Source: a virus
Direction: 5' to 3' (one strand)
DNA: 44,151 nt
UHGV virus genome: UHGV-0181040
This document shows, piece by piece, positions 26,345 through 35,285 of this stretch. The first letter of the stretch is position 1. Every line of letters starts with the position of its first letter. A program made the translations under genes and the position numbers. The notes below the pieces were generated by a model that worked only from the letters and a program-made list of their open reading frames with translations, had not been told where the DNA came from and made no database searches.

Positions 26345-26524
26345 ATGACACAGAAAGAAGTAGCAGACTTAATCGGAGTTTCTCCTATGACGCTTAATCG
26401 CTGGCTTCGGTCTGGTAAGTTCCCGGAGTGTTGCCGGGTTATTAACGGCTACCGGCAGCCAGGTACTTTTGACCGCGCTACTGTGGAGGCGTGGATTAAG
26501 GAGAACGTGAAAGATGCTAACTAA
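26345..26524 (+). CDS. AlpA/excisionase-like HTH regulator
   Basis: MTQKEVADLIGVSPMTLNRWLRSGKFPE is a typical AlpA-family HTH. Confidence 0.55.
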   Translation: MTQKEVADLIGVSPMTLNRWLRSGKFPECCRVINGYRQPGTFDRATVEAWIKENVKDAN

Positions 26525-26789
26525 ATTCCAGAAACATATATTAATGTGCGCACGCAGACTGACCGAGGCGAACGGCGCTTTTACGGTAGACGGGCTTCGG
26601 AGATACCGGTTAGATAATTACGGTGTAAATCCGATTAAACATGCTTTGGATGTTCTCGAGCAACACGGAGAGGTTCTTAATAAAGGAAAGTTTTATCGGG
26701 CAAAAAGAGCAACTCCGATTACAGAGAAAGCGAGAAGTATTGGAAAAGTGTTGGTCCCTGAGGGTAATATCTCCCGCGACCTGGAATAA
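26514..26789 (+). CDS. hypothetical protein
   Basis: 91-aa ORF between the HTH gene and the primase-helicase gene. Confidence 0.35.
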   Translation: MLTKFQKHILMCARRLTEANGAFTVDGLRRYRLDNYGVNPIKHALDVLEQHGEVLNKGKFYRAKRATPITEKARSIGKVLVPEGNISRDLE

Positions 26790-26847
26790 AAGAAAGCCCC
26801 GACGCGGTGAACGCCGAGGCCAAATTACTTACTGAAGGAATTATAGT

Positions 26848-29109
26848 ATGTCCGATGTAATTTTATCCTACTCGTGGTCTCGTCGCAACGCGCGGGCAGA
26901 GAAAAAGGATATAAACGTCAGAACCACACACACGGCAACGCTGGACGACCTGAAAGAGCTAATTCAGCCGCTCGATGCCGTTCGCGGCTGGATTAACCCT
27001 AAGACCGCGCCTGGCTATATCACCGCCGCGTGCGATTCTACTCACAGCACCGTGAGAGACCCGGAAACAGGAGACTTTAAGCAAGCGCGTAAAGGCTTCT
27101 TCTATCGCTGTGACGCGTCTGTAAGCAAATCGTCGCTGGCGTACCTGGACTTCGACAGTGCAACGCCGGAAGAGTATCAGGAAGCGGTGCGCATGGTTAA
27201 GCGCAGCCGCCAGGCGATGTGCCTCTACACCACGGCATCACATACCGACGAGTCACCGCGCTTTCGTGTCGTCATGCCGCTGGGCCGCCCGGTTGAAGGC
27301 GGCGACATCATCCGTGTTCGTCATGGCTTACTGGAGCACTTCTTCAAAGGCATGGGCGCCGACCGCAGCGGATTCACTCTGTCACAGCCGATGTACCTGC
27401 CACCGGTTGGCTCTACCGTTATCTGGTCGCGCCGCAACGACCTGATTGACCCGGACGAGTTACTGGAAGGCGTCCCGGATTACGAGGTGAGCAGCGCATC
27501 GGATTACCAGATACCGGAAGAACTGCGCACCGCGTTTACCGATGCGTTCGAAGCCCTGGCGTTCGAGTATGGTGGCGTCATGACGCCGCGCGGCCTGAAA
27601 ATGCCAGCTACACCGGAACACGCAGAAAACTATAGCGACCCGACCCCGCGCCCGGACGACTTCCTGCTGTGCTTCCCGCGCGAAGGGTACGAAGCGCCTA
27701 ACGTAACCATGATTCACGACACAGACATCACGGCAACCGAAGGCATGTCGCCGAAGGAGGTGTGGAGGTATGTGTGCGATGCGACCGGGCTGCCGTTCAG
27801 TGAAGTCGCGGAGGCTATTGGCTGGGGTGCACGTGAATCTGTCTCATGCAGCCTCGACGACCTGGAAGACGACGAGGATGACGAGTTACCGCAACCGGTA
27901 AAGGCTGATTTCGTCGTTGAAGGGTACATGCCGTCGGATTGCATATGGGATATCGTCGGGGAATCTGGCACGTACAAATCATTCTATACGCTGGGGATGA
28001 TGTACCTTAGCGCCGCCGGATACCGGTTCGCGGGGGCGGATACTCAGCGTTGTCACCATTTCTATATCGACGGTGAGGGTGGCGCAGCTACCCGCACGCG
28101 TATCGATGCACTCGCAGCTAAATATGGCGCGGAAGGTAAAGATTATGTACATGTTATCGATATGGGCGAAGTCGGCAAACTGAAAAGCCTGATTAAGTTA
28201 ATGCGCGAAATTGCTGGCGACGGGCCTATTGGCATGGTCGCGTTCGACACCCTTAACCAGACGCTGGCTCTGACGATTGATAAGTTCGACGAGAACAGTT
28301 CATCGACGGTGATTGGCATGGGTAAAGTTATCGCCATCCTGAAAGAAGTACGCGATGCGACTAAAGCCGCGGTAGGCGTTGTCCATCATACGCCGAAAGG
28401 CGGAAAGAAAGCCCGAGGTAGCGGCGCTCTGTATGCGGGTGTCGACGTGGAGCTGACAATCGAACGCGCTACCGACCGCCAGATAAACGTATACCACTCG
28501 AAATTTAAGCACGGGCCTCAACAGAAGACAGTTGGCATGGTTCTGGAGTCTGTACAGTTCCGTGAAGCGCCGCCGCCGAAAGAGTACCGTGCTGTTGAGT
28601 TCCTGGGCAGCACCGAGGAATACGGCACAATCGTAAACCTGGACTTGCCGGAACCACACAAAGCGCTTGTGCTGATGCCGTGGGGCTTCGAGCCGTTCAA
28701 GACTGACGAGGAGAAAGAGCGGGAAGAAGGGCTGACAAAGGAAGGTAAAACGGCTGTTAAAGAAAAGGTAGGTCAGTTTGAGAAACTGGATTCCAAAGAG
28801 GCTACGGTTATTTACGCATTAGGTAAATTGCAGGAGCAGGGTGACGACAAGCGAGGGTTTTCTATGTCAACTATCGTCAAAGCCGCGAAAGAAGATAGTT
28901 ATGGCGTACCGATTAACGCAAATAATGATCTTCGAAAGAAACTGGAAGAGATGCACGAGGCCGGGGTTATCGTCTCGGGTCTGGATAACAACAACAGGCC
29001 AATACCTAAGCAATATCGGCTGCCGTGGGGTATAAACGACAACAAGATTCCGAAGACAATATATGAACCGAATGAGATGCTGGTGGTGACAGAGGAGGAT
29101 TTGGAATAG
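26848..29109 (+). CDS. primase-helicase (N-terminal primase/polymerase-like domain plus RecA-like AAA_25/RepA-type helicase)
   Basis: Walker A GESGTYKS, Walker B/arginine-finger region, 753 aa. Acidic linker SLDDLEDDEDDE. Confidence 0.7.
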   Translation: MSDVILSYSWSRRNARAEKKDINVRTTHTATLDDLKELIQPLDAVRGWINPKTAPGYITAACDSTHSTVRDPETGDFKQARKGFFYRCDASVSKSSLAYLDFDSATPEEYQEAVRMVKRSRQAMCLYTTASHTDESPRFRVVMPLGRPVEGGDIIRVRHGLLEHFFKGMGADRSGFTLSQPMYLPPVGSTVIWSRRNDLIDPDELLEGVPDYEVSSASDYQIPEELRTAFTDAFEALAFEYGGVMTPRGLKMPATPEHAENYSDPTPRPDDFLLCFPREGYEAPNVTMIHDTDITATEGMSPKEVWRYVCDATGLPFSEVAEAIGWGARESVSCSLDDLEDDEDDELPQPVKADFVVEGYMPSDCIWDIVGESGTYKSFYTLGMMYLSAAGYRFAGADTQRCHHFYIDGEGGAATRTRIDALAAKYGAEGKDYVHVIDMGEVGKLKSLIKLMREIAGDGPIGMVAFDTLNQTLALTIDKFDENSSSTVIGMGKVIAILKEVRDATKAAVGVVHHTPKGGKKARGSGALYAGVDVELTIERATDRQINVYHSKFKHGPQQKTVGMVLESVQFREAPPPKEYRAVEFLGSTEEYGTIVNLDLPEPHKALVLMPWGFEPFKTDEEKEREEGLTKEGKTAVKEKVGQFEKLDSKEATVIYALGKLQEQGDDKRGFSMSTIVKAAKEDSYGVPINANNDLRKKLEEMHEAGVIVSGLDNNNRPIPKQYRLPWGINDNKIPKTIYEPNEMLVVTEEDLE

Positions 29110-29111
29110 GC

Positions 29112-29138
29112 AAAAAGAAAGGGGCGTTAAGCCCCTTC
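29112..29138. terminator. bidirectional terminator AAAGGGGC-GTTA-AGCCCCTT between convergent genes
   Basis: GC stem flanked by an A-tract and TTCAC. Confidence 0.55.
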
Positions 29139-29342
29139 ACCGAACGCTAGCCACTTGGCGTCTACTTCCAGCACCTCCGCCAGTTTAAACAGCGTCGCCG
29201 GGCGGACATCCTGAGTTACACCGAGTGCCAGTTGGTTAATCGCTCCCTGGGAAACTCCGGCCAGCACAGCCAGACGGCGCTGGGAGATGCCGAGTTCTTT
29301 ACGGCGTTGCTCTACACGGATGCCTAGTTCAGATGGTTGCAT
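29127..29342 (-). CDS. XRE-family (Cro/CI-like) HTH regulator
   Basis: The 71-aa sequence contains LGISQRRLAVLAGVSQGAINQL. Transcribed divergently from the second rightward operon. RBS AAGGAG. Confidence 0.7.
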   Translation of the reverse strand: MQPSELGIRVEQRRKELGISQRRLAVLAGVSQGAINQLALGVTQDVRPATLFKLAEVLEVDAKWLAFGEGA

Positions 29343-29371
29343 GTTAATTACTCCTTAGTCAGTTGATATGT

Positions 29372-29387
29372 GAATAGTACCATATTA
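29372..29387 (-). promoter_or_regulatory. operator GAATAG-TACC-ATATTA overlapping the presumed promoter of the XRE gene (regulon copy 6)
   Basis: About 30 nt upstream of the XRE ATG. A TACTAT -10-like hexamer lies on the minus strand within the site. Confidence 0.5.
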
Positions 29388-29406
29388 ATTATTTTAAGAA
29401 AGCCCA

Positions 29407-29435
29407 TTGACACGTGAATAGTCCGCTATTATAGT
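29407..29435 (+). promoter_or_regulatory. strong rightward promoter TTGACA-17-TATAGT with operator GAATAG-TCCG-CTATTA in the spacer/-10 (regulon copy 7)
   Basis: Consensus -35 and exact 17-bp spacer. 32 nt upstream of the ATG at 29467. Confidence 0.6.
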
Positions 29436-29466
29436 TAGCCCATACCAAACGAGAGGAGAGAAACAA

Positions 29467-29976
29467 ATGCTAGACCAATTCTTAAAATTACTGGAACGTT
29501 TCGTAGTTGCCCATGAACTGATGGCTGCAAATAGTGTGAAACGGCCGGTGCAGCCGACTGAGTGTGTAGGTGAAATGCTTGTAGATGTATCGGTTACGGG
29601 AGAGGTGCTTGAAGTCGACCCAGGTACGGGCGTCGGGAAAGAAATCCCGGTCGAAGGTGAAGACATCGTTGACGCTAAACCCGCGGAAGAAGAGAAGCCG
29701 AAACGCAAGCCGCGTAAACCTAAAGTAGAGGAACCGACGCCAGAACCGGAAGAAGAGAAAGAAGAGGTAGATTACCAGTCTCTTCGTGACCAGATTCAGG
29801 CTATCGACGATGCGATTAACGAAGGTCCTAGCGATGCCGCGTGTGATGATTCCGATGAACTGTTGGAAGAGTTCACCGGTAAGAAGATGAAGATTGCCGC
29901 GATTAAAGACGAAGACCTGGCCGAATATCTGGAACGCCTGACGGCAATCAAGAACAAGTATTTCGAAGAAGAATAA
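29467..29976 (+). CDS. promoter-proximal very acidic protein with a central KPKRKPRKPK patch (candidate DNA mimic or replication accessory)
   Basis: 169 aa with long D/E runs (PEPEEEKEEVDYQSL...DDSDELLEEF). Confidence 0.4.
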   Translation: MLDQFLKLLERFVVAHELMAANSVKRPVQPTECVGEMLVDVSVTGEVLEVDPGTGVGKEIPVEGEDIVDAKPAEEEKPKRKPRKPKVEEPTPEPEEEKEEVDYQSLRDQIQAIDDAINEGPSDAACDDSDELLEEFTGKKMKIAAIKDEDLAEYLERLTAIKNKYFEEE

Positions 29977-29981
29977 CTATC

Positions 29982-30005
29982 CCGCGGCCTTCGGGCCGCT
30001 TTAAC
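29982..30005 (+). terminator. hairpin GCGGCC-TTCG-GGCCGC plus TTTAAC (weak terminator or attenuator)
   Basis: Seen by eye after the acidic gene. Confidence 0.35.
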
Positions 30006-30019
30006 AGAGGGTCGGAAAT

Positions 30020-30250
30020 ATGTGTAAAAACGATGGTGGACAGGCTTTTCCTGTTGCAGGGTCAGACCACAATTACTCTTGGGAAGGCATGACGTTACGT
30101 GATTATTTCGCGGCTAAAGCCCTTCAAGGGTGGCTTGCTAGTTACCCAGCGGACGCAGTACACCCTGTTGCCGCGGGGAACACAGCGCAAGTAGCGCAAA
30201 TGGTGTACATCATGGCTGATGCAATGCTGGAAGCGAGGGGCGCCGAATGA
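30020..30250 (+). CDS. hypothetical protein
   Basis: 76-aa ORF with RBS GAGGGTCGGAAAT. Confidence 0.35.
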   Translation: MCKNDGGQAFPVAGSDHNYSWEGMTLRDYFAAKALQGWLASYPADAVHPVAAGNTAQVAQMVYIMADAMLEARGAE

Positions 30251-30519
30251 TTTACCAACTCTACCGCGCCGTAGACAGGCGGGATAATACGGAGGCGTTG
30301 TGGCTGTTGCGTGCGCCGTCCGGTGCGCACCAGATGGAAGAGATGGCGTACTTAGGCAAAGTACCGCGGCCTAAAGACATAGGCCGTCACGTTTCGCAGA
30401 TTAAGCGCACGACTTTCGCCAAACCTGACTTTTATGTCTTCGAGTCGATGTATAGCTGGGCTATGCATTGCCACCACCAGACACGACATTTAATTGACCA
30501 GTGGGAGAGCAGGGTATGA
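30247..30519 (+). CDS. hypothetical protein
   Basis: 90 aa, ATGA-coupled. Confidence 0.35.
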   Translation: MIYQLYRAVDRRDNTEALWLLRAPSGAHQMEEMAYLGKVPRPKDIGRHVSQIKRTTFAKPDFYVFESMYSWAMHCHHQTRHLIDQWESRV

Positions 30520-31817
30520 TTTTAAAAGAACGCGGCGGCAATAACGATGTGCACGCCTTACTGTCACCGTCGGGGGCTAAAAAGTGGCTAAGCTGCGCGG
30601 CATCGTTGGCCTGTGAAAAAGATATTCCTAACACGTCGGGTAAAGCCGCGGTATTAGGTACAGCCATGCACACCATAGCAGAGATGCACCTTAACCAGTA
30701 CATCAAAGACACTGCGTTGCCGTTAGAGCGTGAGGTCGGTGCTTACGTGCTGGATGAAGGTAAAGGCCAGATTAAGGCGCTAATCAGCCCGATGAAAGGC
30801 GCGGTACTGATTACGGCGGACATGATTGAGCAGGTGCGCAAGTACACCGACTACTGCAAACCGATTATCGATGTAGCGACTTATGCCAAGCTCGAGATGC
30901 GTGTCAATCTTACTGAGGTATTGCATCCTGGATACATCCATAGCCCCGGTGGGAGGCAAGAAGAAATACAAACCTTCGGAACAGCCGACTTAGTGGCGGT
31001 TATAGAAGGCTTTACAGGTGAAAGTGACTCAGCGATGCTCATTATGGGCGACCTGAAAACAGGACGGCATCGTGTCGAAGCGAAAGAAAACAAGCAGCTT
31101 ATGCTTTACGCTCTCGGTGTTTATCGCCGACTCAAGAGACGCTATAACATCACCGTTGTTCGTCTGGTCATATTCCAGCCGTATGCAGGCGGCGCGTCGG
31201 AGTGGGACATCTCAGTTGAAGGACTGGAACTGTTCGCTAAGTTCGCACAGAAACGGGCACTGTTAGCCCTTGATGCATATTTCCGCGGTAAGAAGAACCT
31301 GAAAGCGTCGGACTTCAAACCGTCGGTAGATGGATGTCAGTGGTGCCGGTTCTCTGAACAGTGTGCCGCGCGTACAAAGACGGTTAATTCTGTACTGGCT
31401 GAAGAACTGGAAGACGACTTTGCGCTGGAACTGACGCCGGAGCAACTCGTCGCTGAGTATGAGAAGTTGCCGTTGTTGCGTCAGCACATCGACAAGGTTG
31501 AGAAAGCGATGGCCGCCGCGTTGCATTCCGGTAAGAAAGTTCCTGGGTACAAGTTGGTTGAAGGTAAGATGGGCAACCGTGCGTGGAAAGATGCGAAGGA
31601 GGTAATAGACGCCGCAGAATTTTATGAAATAGACCGGAAAATGCTGTTTAAGGCGTCTCTTGTGTCTCCGAAAGAGGCAGAAGCCGCGTTTAAAAATACC
31701 GATGCGTGGCCTATTCTCGAAAAACTAATTACACGCAAGCCCGGTGCGCCATGTGTCACAACGGCAGACGACAAACGTCCTGAGTGGAATCAGGTAACAG
31801 AGGAGGATTTAGAATGA
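30516..31817 (+). CDS. Cas4/RecB-like PD-(D/E)XK exonuclease (DUF2800-type)
   Basis: Motifs GTADLVAV and GDLKTG, C-terminal cysteine cluster CQWCRFSEQC. Upstream of a DUF2815-like ssDNA-binding gene and the DNA polymerase. Confidence 0.65.
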   Translation: MILKERGGNNDVHALLSPSGAKKWLSCAASLACEKDIPNTSGKAAVLGTAMHTIAEMHLNQYIKDTALPLEREVGAYVLDEGKGQIKALISPMKGAVLITADMIEQVRKYTDYCKPIIDVATYAKLEMRVNLTEVLHPGYIHSPGGRQEEIQTFGTADLVAVIEGFTGESDSAMLIMGDLKTGRHRVEAKENKQLMLYALGVYRRLKRRYNITVVRLVIFQPYAGGASEWDISVEGLELFAKFAQKRALLALDAYFRGKKNLKASDFKPSVDGCQWCRFSEQCAARTKTVNSVLAEELEDDFALELTPEQLVAEYEKLPLLRQHIDKVEKAMAAALHSGKKVPGYKLVEGKMGNRAWKDAKEVIDAAEFYEIDRKMLFKASLVSPKEAEAAFKNTDAWPILEKLITRKPGAPCVTTADDKRPEWNQVTEEDLE

Positions 31818-32065
31818 TTCGTAAAATGTTCAGAGTAATTGGCGGTTTTTTGGCGTGTATTGTTTTCTGGGTTCTTATGCTGCCGCTAACGTTACCAACA
31901 TTTATCTTAATGTGTATTACGGTATGTATAGCACAAACTCGCGACATCGAAGCCATCCTGAGCGATAAATCGTGGAAGACACAGGCGCTTCGATTCATAA
32001 ACAACATGAAATGGCCAAGCAAGTATATTGAGATAGTTGAGAAAATAACTGGCTGGAAGGGTTGA
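31814..32065 (+). CDS. small membrane protein (2 transmembrane segments)
   Basis: The ATG sits inside the upstream C-terminal codons, which double as the RBS GAGGAGGA. Hydrophobic run FLACIVFWVLMLPLTLPTFILMCITV. Confidence 0.4.
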   Translation: MIRKMFRVIGGFLACIVFWVLMLPLTLPTFILMCITVCIAQTRDIEAILSDKSWKTQALRFINNMKWPSKYIEIVEKITGWKG

Positions 32066-32090
32066 CTCCTGAATAGTTAGCTATTATATT
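32062..32090 (+). promoter_or_regulatory. internal promoter TTGACT-17-TATATT with operator GAATAG-TTAG-CTATTA in the spacer (regulon copy 8)
   Basis: The -35 overlaps the stop codon of the upstream gene. 56 nt upstream of the ssDNA-binding protein ATG. Confidence 0.55.
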
Positions 32091-32145
32091 TCTAATCACT
32101 GGCCGGGCAGATCCCGGAGTAAACTGAAAACTGAGGAATCGAGAA

Positions 32146-32772
32146 ATGGGACTGAAATTAAATCTGCGTAAAGTAAACACTGCATGGGTTAACGTATTTG
32201 AACGCGAAAAAGACCGTGAAAACGATGATGGTTCAATTACTAAAGGCCAGTACAGCGCGACTATTATCCTGCCGCCTGACCATGCTCAAATCGACGCGCT
32301 CTACGACACCGTTTACGCTGTAGTTGAAGAAGCGTTGGGCGCAGCCGCTGCTGAGAAGTGGATGAAGTCAAACTACGGCGAAGGTAAGCTCATGGATAAA
32401 TGCGCGATTAAAGACATTGCCGAGCGCGACAATCCGTTTGAAGACTTCCCGGAAGGGTTCTACTTCAAAGCGAAGGCGCAGAAACAACCGCTGATTGTAA
32501 CCTCTAAAAAAGGTGAGACTCAGGTAGAGCAGGACTTCAACGTAGACGGCGAACAGATTGAAGGTGAACAGGTTTACAGCGGTTGCATCGCTAACGTAAG
32601 CGTTGAAATCTGGTTCAGCCAGAAATACAAAGTCCTCGGCGTTAACCTGCTGGCGATTAAATACGTTGGCGAAGGTAAAGCGTTTGGCGGTTCTAAAGTC
32701 GCTGCTAGCGTCAATGATCTGGAAGACGATGAAGACGATGGAGCACCGCGCCGCGAACGTCGCCGCCGTTAA
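32146..32772 (+). CDS. DUF2815-like phage ssDNA-binding protein with an acidic C-terminal tail
   Basis: The N-terminus MGLKLNLRKVNTAWVNVFE matches the DUF2815 pattern. C-terminal NDLEDDEDDGAPRRERRRR. Confidence 0.55.
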   Translation: MGLKLNLRKVNTAWVNVFEREKDRENDDGSITKGQYSATIILPPDHAQIDALYDTVYAVVEEALGAAAAEKWMKSNYGEGKLMDKCAIKDIAERDNPFEDFPEGFYFKAKAQKQPLIVTSKKGETQVEQDFNVDGEQIEGEQVYSGCIANVSVEIWFSQKYKVLGVNLLAIKYVGEGKAFGGSKVAASVNDLEDDEDDGAPRRERRRR

Positions 32773-32791
32773 TATCTGAATCAATTTAACT

Positions 32792-32816
32792 AAGGCCCTT
32801 CATTGGGCCTTTTTTA
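32792..32816 (+). terminator. terminator AAGGCCC-TTCATT-GGGCCTT plus TTTTT
   Basis: Lies downstream of the ssDNA-binding gene. Could be a partial terminator or attenuator, since the polymerase gene follows. Confidence 0.55.
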
Positions 32817-32832
32817 CTAAGGGTCGAAAATA

Positions 32833-35082
32833 ATGAGTTACCTGTTCTTAGACTTTGAAACATTCTCCGAAGCCGATTTAAAGAAAGTCGGTTCCTACGC
32901 TTACGCTGAACATCCAACTACCGAAGTGCTAATCTGTACCTATGCTTTTGATGACGGGCCTGTAGAAGTATGGGATTGCACCGACGGCAGTGACATGCCG
33001 GGCGATTTGCATCGCGCGTTACGCCGCCTGGTTAAGCCCAACAGCCGCATCAAGATGGTGTGGCATAACGGTGGACTTTTCGATAGGCTCATTATGAAGC
33101 ACTGCTGGGGCTTTGATATTCCGGTCAGCAACACCATTGATACGATGATTTGGGCGTTCCGTCACGCGCTGCCGGGTTCACTTGACGCATTGTGTGAAGT
33201 GCTGGGCGTATCGGCGGACAATGCGAAAGATAAACGCGGCAAGGCGCTGATTAAGCGTTTCTCTAAGCCGACACCGAAGAACTACAAAATCCGCCGCTAT
33301 ACCGCCGAAACCCACCCCGACGAATGGGCGCTATTCATCAAGTACGCTGTGAGCGACATCACTGCGATGCGTGAAGTCTTCCATAAGCTGCCGCGTTGGG
33401 GTAACTCCGAGTTTGAAGACCGCGTACTGGAACTTGACCAGTTAATCAACGACCGCGGGTTTAAGGTTGACGTCGCACTGGCGGAGGCCGCAATTGAAGC
33501 TGTAGAGAAACACAAAGCGCAGTTACAGGAAGAAGCCCAACGTAAATACAGCGGCTCGCTTACTGGTAAAGACTTTCTGCCGATTCTGCGTGAACTGGCT
33601 CCTGCGCACCGAATCCACAACGCGCAGAAGTCAACGCTTAATGACCTGCTTGCGGATGATGATTTACCTGACGATGCCCGCACGATTATCGAAATGCGCC
33701 TCGGGGCGGCGTCCACCGCATCAACGAAATATAACCCGCTGCTGCTGGGCCGCTCTTCGGACGACAGACGCCGCGGTTGCATCCAGTATGGCGGGGCCAA
33801 GCGTACGCTACGGTTTGCGGGTAAAGGCTTCCAGCCGCAGAACCTGGCTCGCGGGTACTATCACGACGACCCGAAGAATAAAAAGAAGAAAGTACGTTAT
33901 GACTGGATGTCAGAGAAGGACTGGTGGAGAGTAACACACCCATTGTCCTACGGAATCGACCTGTTGTTTAAAGGCCGTGCGCATCGCCGATTTGACGTAG
34001 CCAAACTAACGGCATCGACGGTGCGTAGCTGCATCATACCTGAAGCAGGGCATAAGTTTGTCGTTGCCGATTACTCTAACGTTGAAGGCCGCGGGTTGGC
34101 ATGGCTTGCGGGGGAAGAAACCGCCCTCGATACGTTCCGTGCCGGGCTGGATATTTACTGTGTAACCGCGGGTAAGATGTTCGGAATGGACCCCGATTAC
34201 ATTCTCGAAAGCCGTAGTGACCTGCGCCAGATTGGCAAAGCATGTGAATTGGGCCTCGGCTATGCTGGCGGCGTTGGCGCTTTCGTTCAGTTTGCTAAGA
34301 ACCTCGGCTTAAACCTGGTTGATATGGCTAAAACAATGGACGGTACTTTCCCGGACCACATATGGGCCGCTACTGCACGGGGCTATGAGTGGGCGCGTAT
34401 TCAGGAGGCAAAGCGGCCGCCACGCCCCGGTGAAAAGGATGACCGACCATCATATATTCTTGATAAGAAAGTTTGGCGCACCTGCGACGCTATCAAGCGT
34501 ATGTGGAGAGAGTCACACCCTGAAACAGTGGCTTTCTGGCGTGATATTGAAGACGCGGCTATGGCGGCTATCAGAAATCCGGGAAAAGAGTTCACCGCGG
34601 GGCCGCGGGGCGTTAAGTTTTCGCGTAACGTGGAAACAGATAACAACGGCAACAAAGTCGCGGGTTGGTGGTTGCGCATGACGCTGCCGTCGGGGCGCGT
34701 TATGTCATACCCGGGCGTCGGGTTAAGCGTGTCGAAAGAGACAGACGAAGATGGAAAGGTGTCTACTAACGTGCGCATCAAGTACCAGGGAGAAAACCAG
34801 TTAACCCGTCAGTGGGGCTTCCAGTACACCTACTCCGGTAAACTGGTGGAAAACTGCACTCAGGCGCTGTGCCGTGATTTGCTGGCTAATGCGCTGCTGA
34901 ACGTCGAAGCAAACGGCTATCCGATTGTGCTTCATGTACACGATGAAATTATCTGCGAAACTCCAGATTTACCGGAATACAATGTTGCAGAACTTGAGCG
35001 GTTGATGTGTGAATTACCGGAATGGGCTGAGGGGTTCCCTCTTGTAGCGGAAGGTGCGGAGATGAAGCGCTATGCTAAGTAA
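32833..35082 (+). CDS. family A DNA polymerase with 3'-5' exonuclease domain (no 5'-3' exonuclease domain)
   Basis: Exo I motif LFLDFETFS. Motif A DYSNVEGRGLAWLAGE. Motif B RQIGKACELGLGYAGG. Motif C HVHDEI. Confidence 0.85.
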   Translation: MSYLFLDFETFSEADLKKVGSYAYAEHPTTEVLICTYAFDDGPVEVWDCTDGSDMPGDLHRALRRLVKPNSRIKMVWHNGGLFDRLIMKHCWGFDIPVSNTIDTMIWAFRHALPGSLDALCEVLGVSADNAKDKRGKALIKRFSKPTPKNYKIRRYTAETHPDEWALFIKYAVSDITAMREVFHKLPRWGNSEFEDRVLELDQLINDRGFKVDVALAEAAIEAVEKHKAQLQEEAQRKYSGSLTGKDFLPILRELAPAHRIHNAQKSTLNDLLADDDLPDDARTIIEMRLGAASTASTKYNPLLLGRSSDDRRRGCIQYGGAKRTLRFAGKGFQPQNLARGYYHDDPKNKKKKVRYDWMSEKDWWRVTHPLSYGIDLLFKGRAHRRFDVAKLTASTVRSCIIPEAGHKFVVADYSNVEGRGLAWLAGEETALDTFRAGLDIYCVTAGKMFGMDPDYILESRSDLRQIGKACELGLGYAGGVGAFVQFAKNLGLNLVDMAKTMDGTFPDHIWAATARGYEWARIQEAKRPPRPGEKDDRPSYILDKKVWRTCDAIKRMWRESHPETVAFWRDIEDAAMAAIRNPGKEFTAGPRGVKFSRNVETDNNGNKVAGWWLRMTLPSGRVMSYPGVGLSVSKETDEDGKVSTNVRIKYQGENQLTRQWGFQYTYSGKLVENCTQALCRDLLANALLNVEANGYPIVLHVHDEIICETPDLPEYNVAELERLMCELPEWAEGFPLVAEGAEMKRYAK

Positions 35083-35203
35083 ACTGATTATCGCATTACT
35101 GGCGGGATTCGCCGCCGGTGTCTACTGTAACGAGGGTCAATACGGCATGATTGTCGCCGTATTGGGTATGTTCATCGCAATTTATCTGTGGGTGCTGGAA
35201 TGA
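35072..35203 (+). CDS. tiny membrane protein (43 aa)
   Basis: ATG lies within the polymerase 3' end. Two hydrophobic segments. Confidence 0.2.
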   Translation: MLSKLIIALLAGFAAGVYCNEGQYGMIVAVLGMFIAIYLWVLE

Positions 35204-35285
35204 AAATTTACTGGTTATACGAAGAAGACTGTAGAATCTGTCCGCGCTGCGGGATTGAGCATACGAAACGGGAGGGGTGTGTACT

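Noticed and set aside
29127-29342. Temperate lifestyle inferred from the Cro/CI-like gene
   Set aside because: No integrase, excisionase with attachment site, partition genes or anti-repressor were found anywhere in the complete genome. The switch more likely times the early genes in a virulent phage, and I can make only a weak statement about lifestyle.
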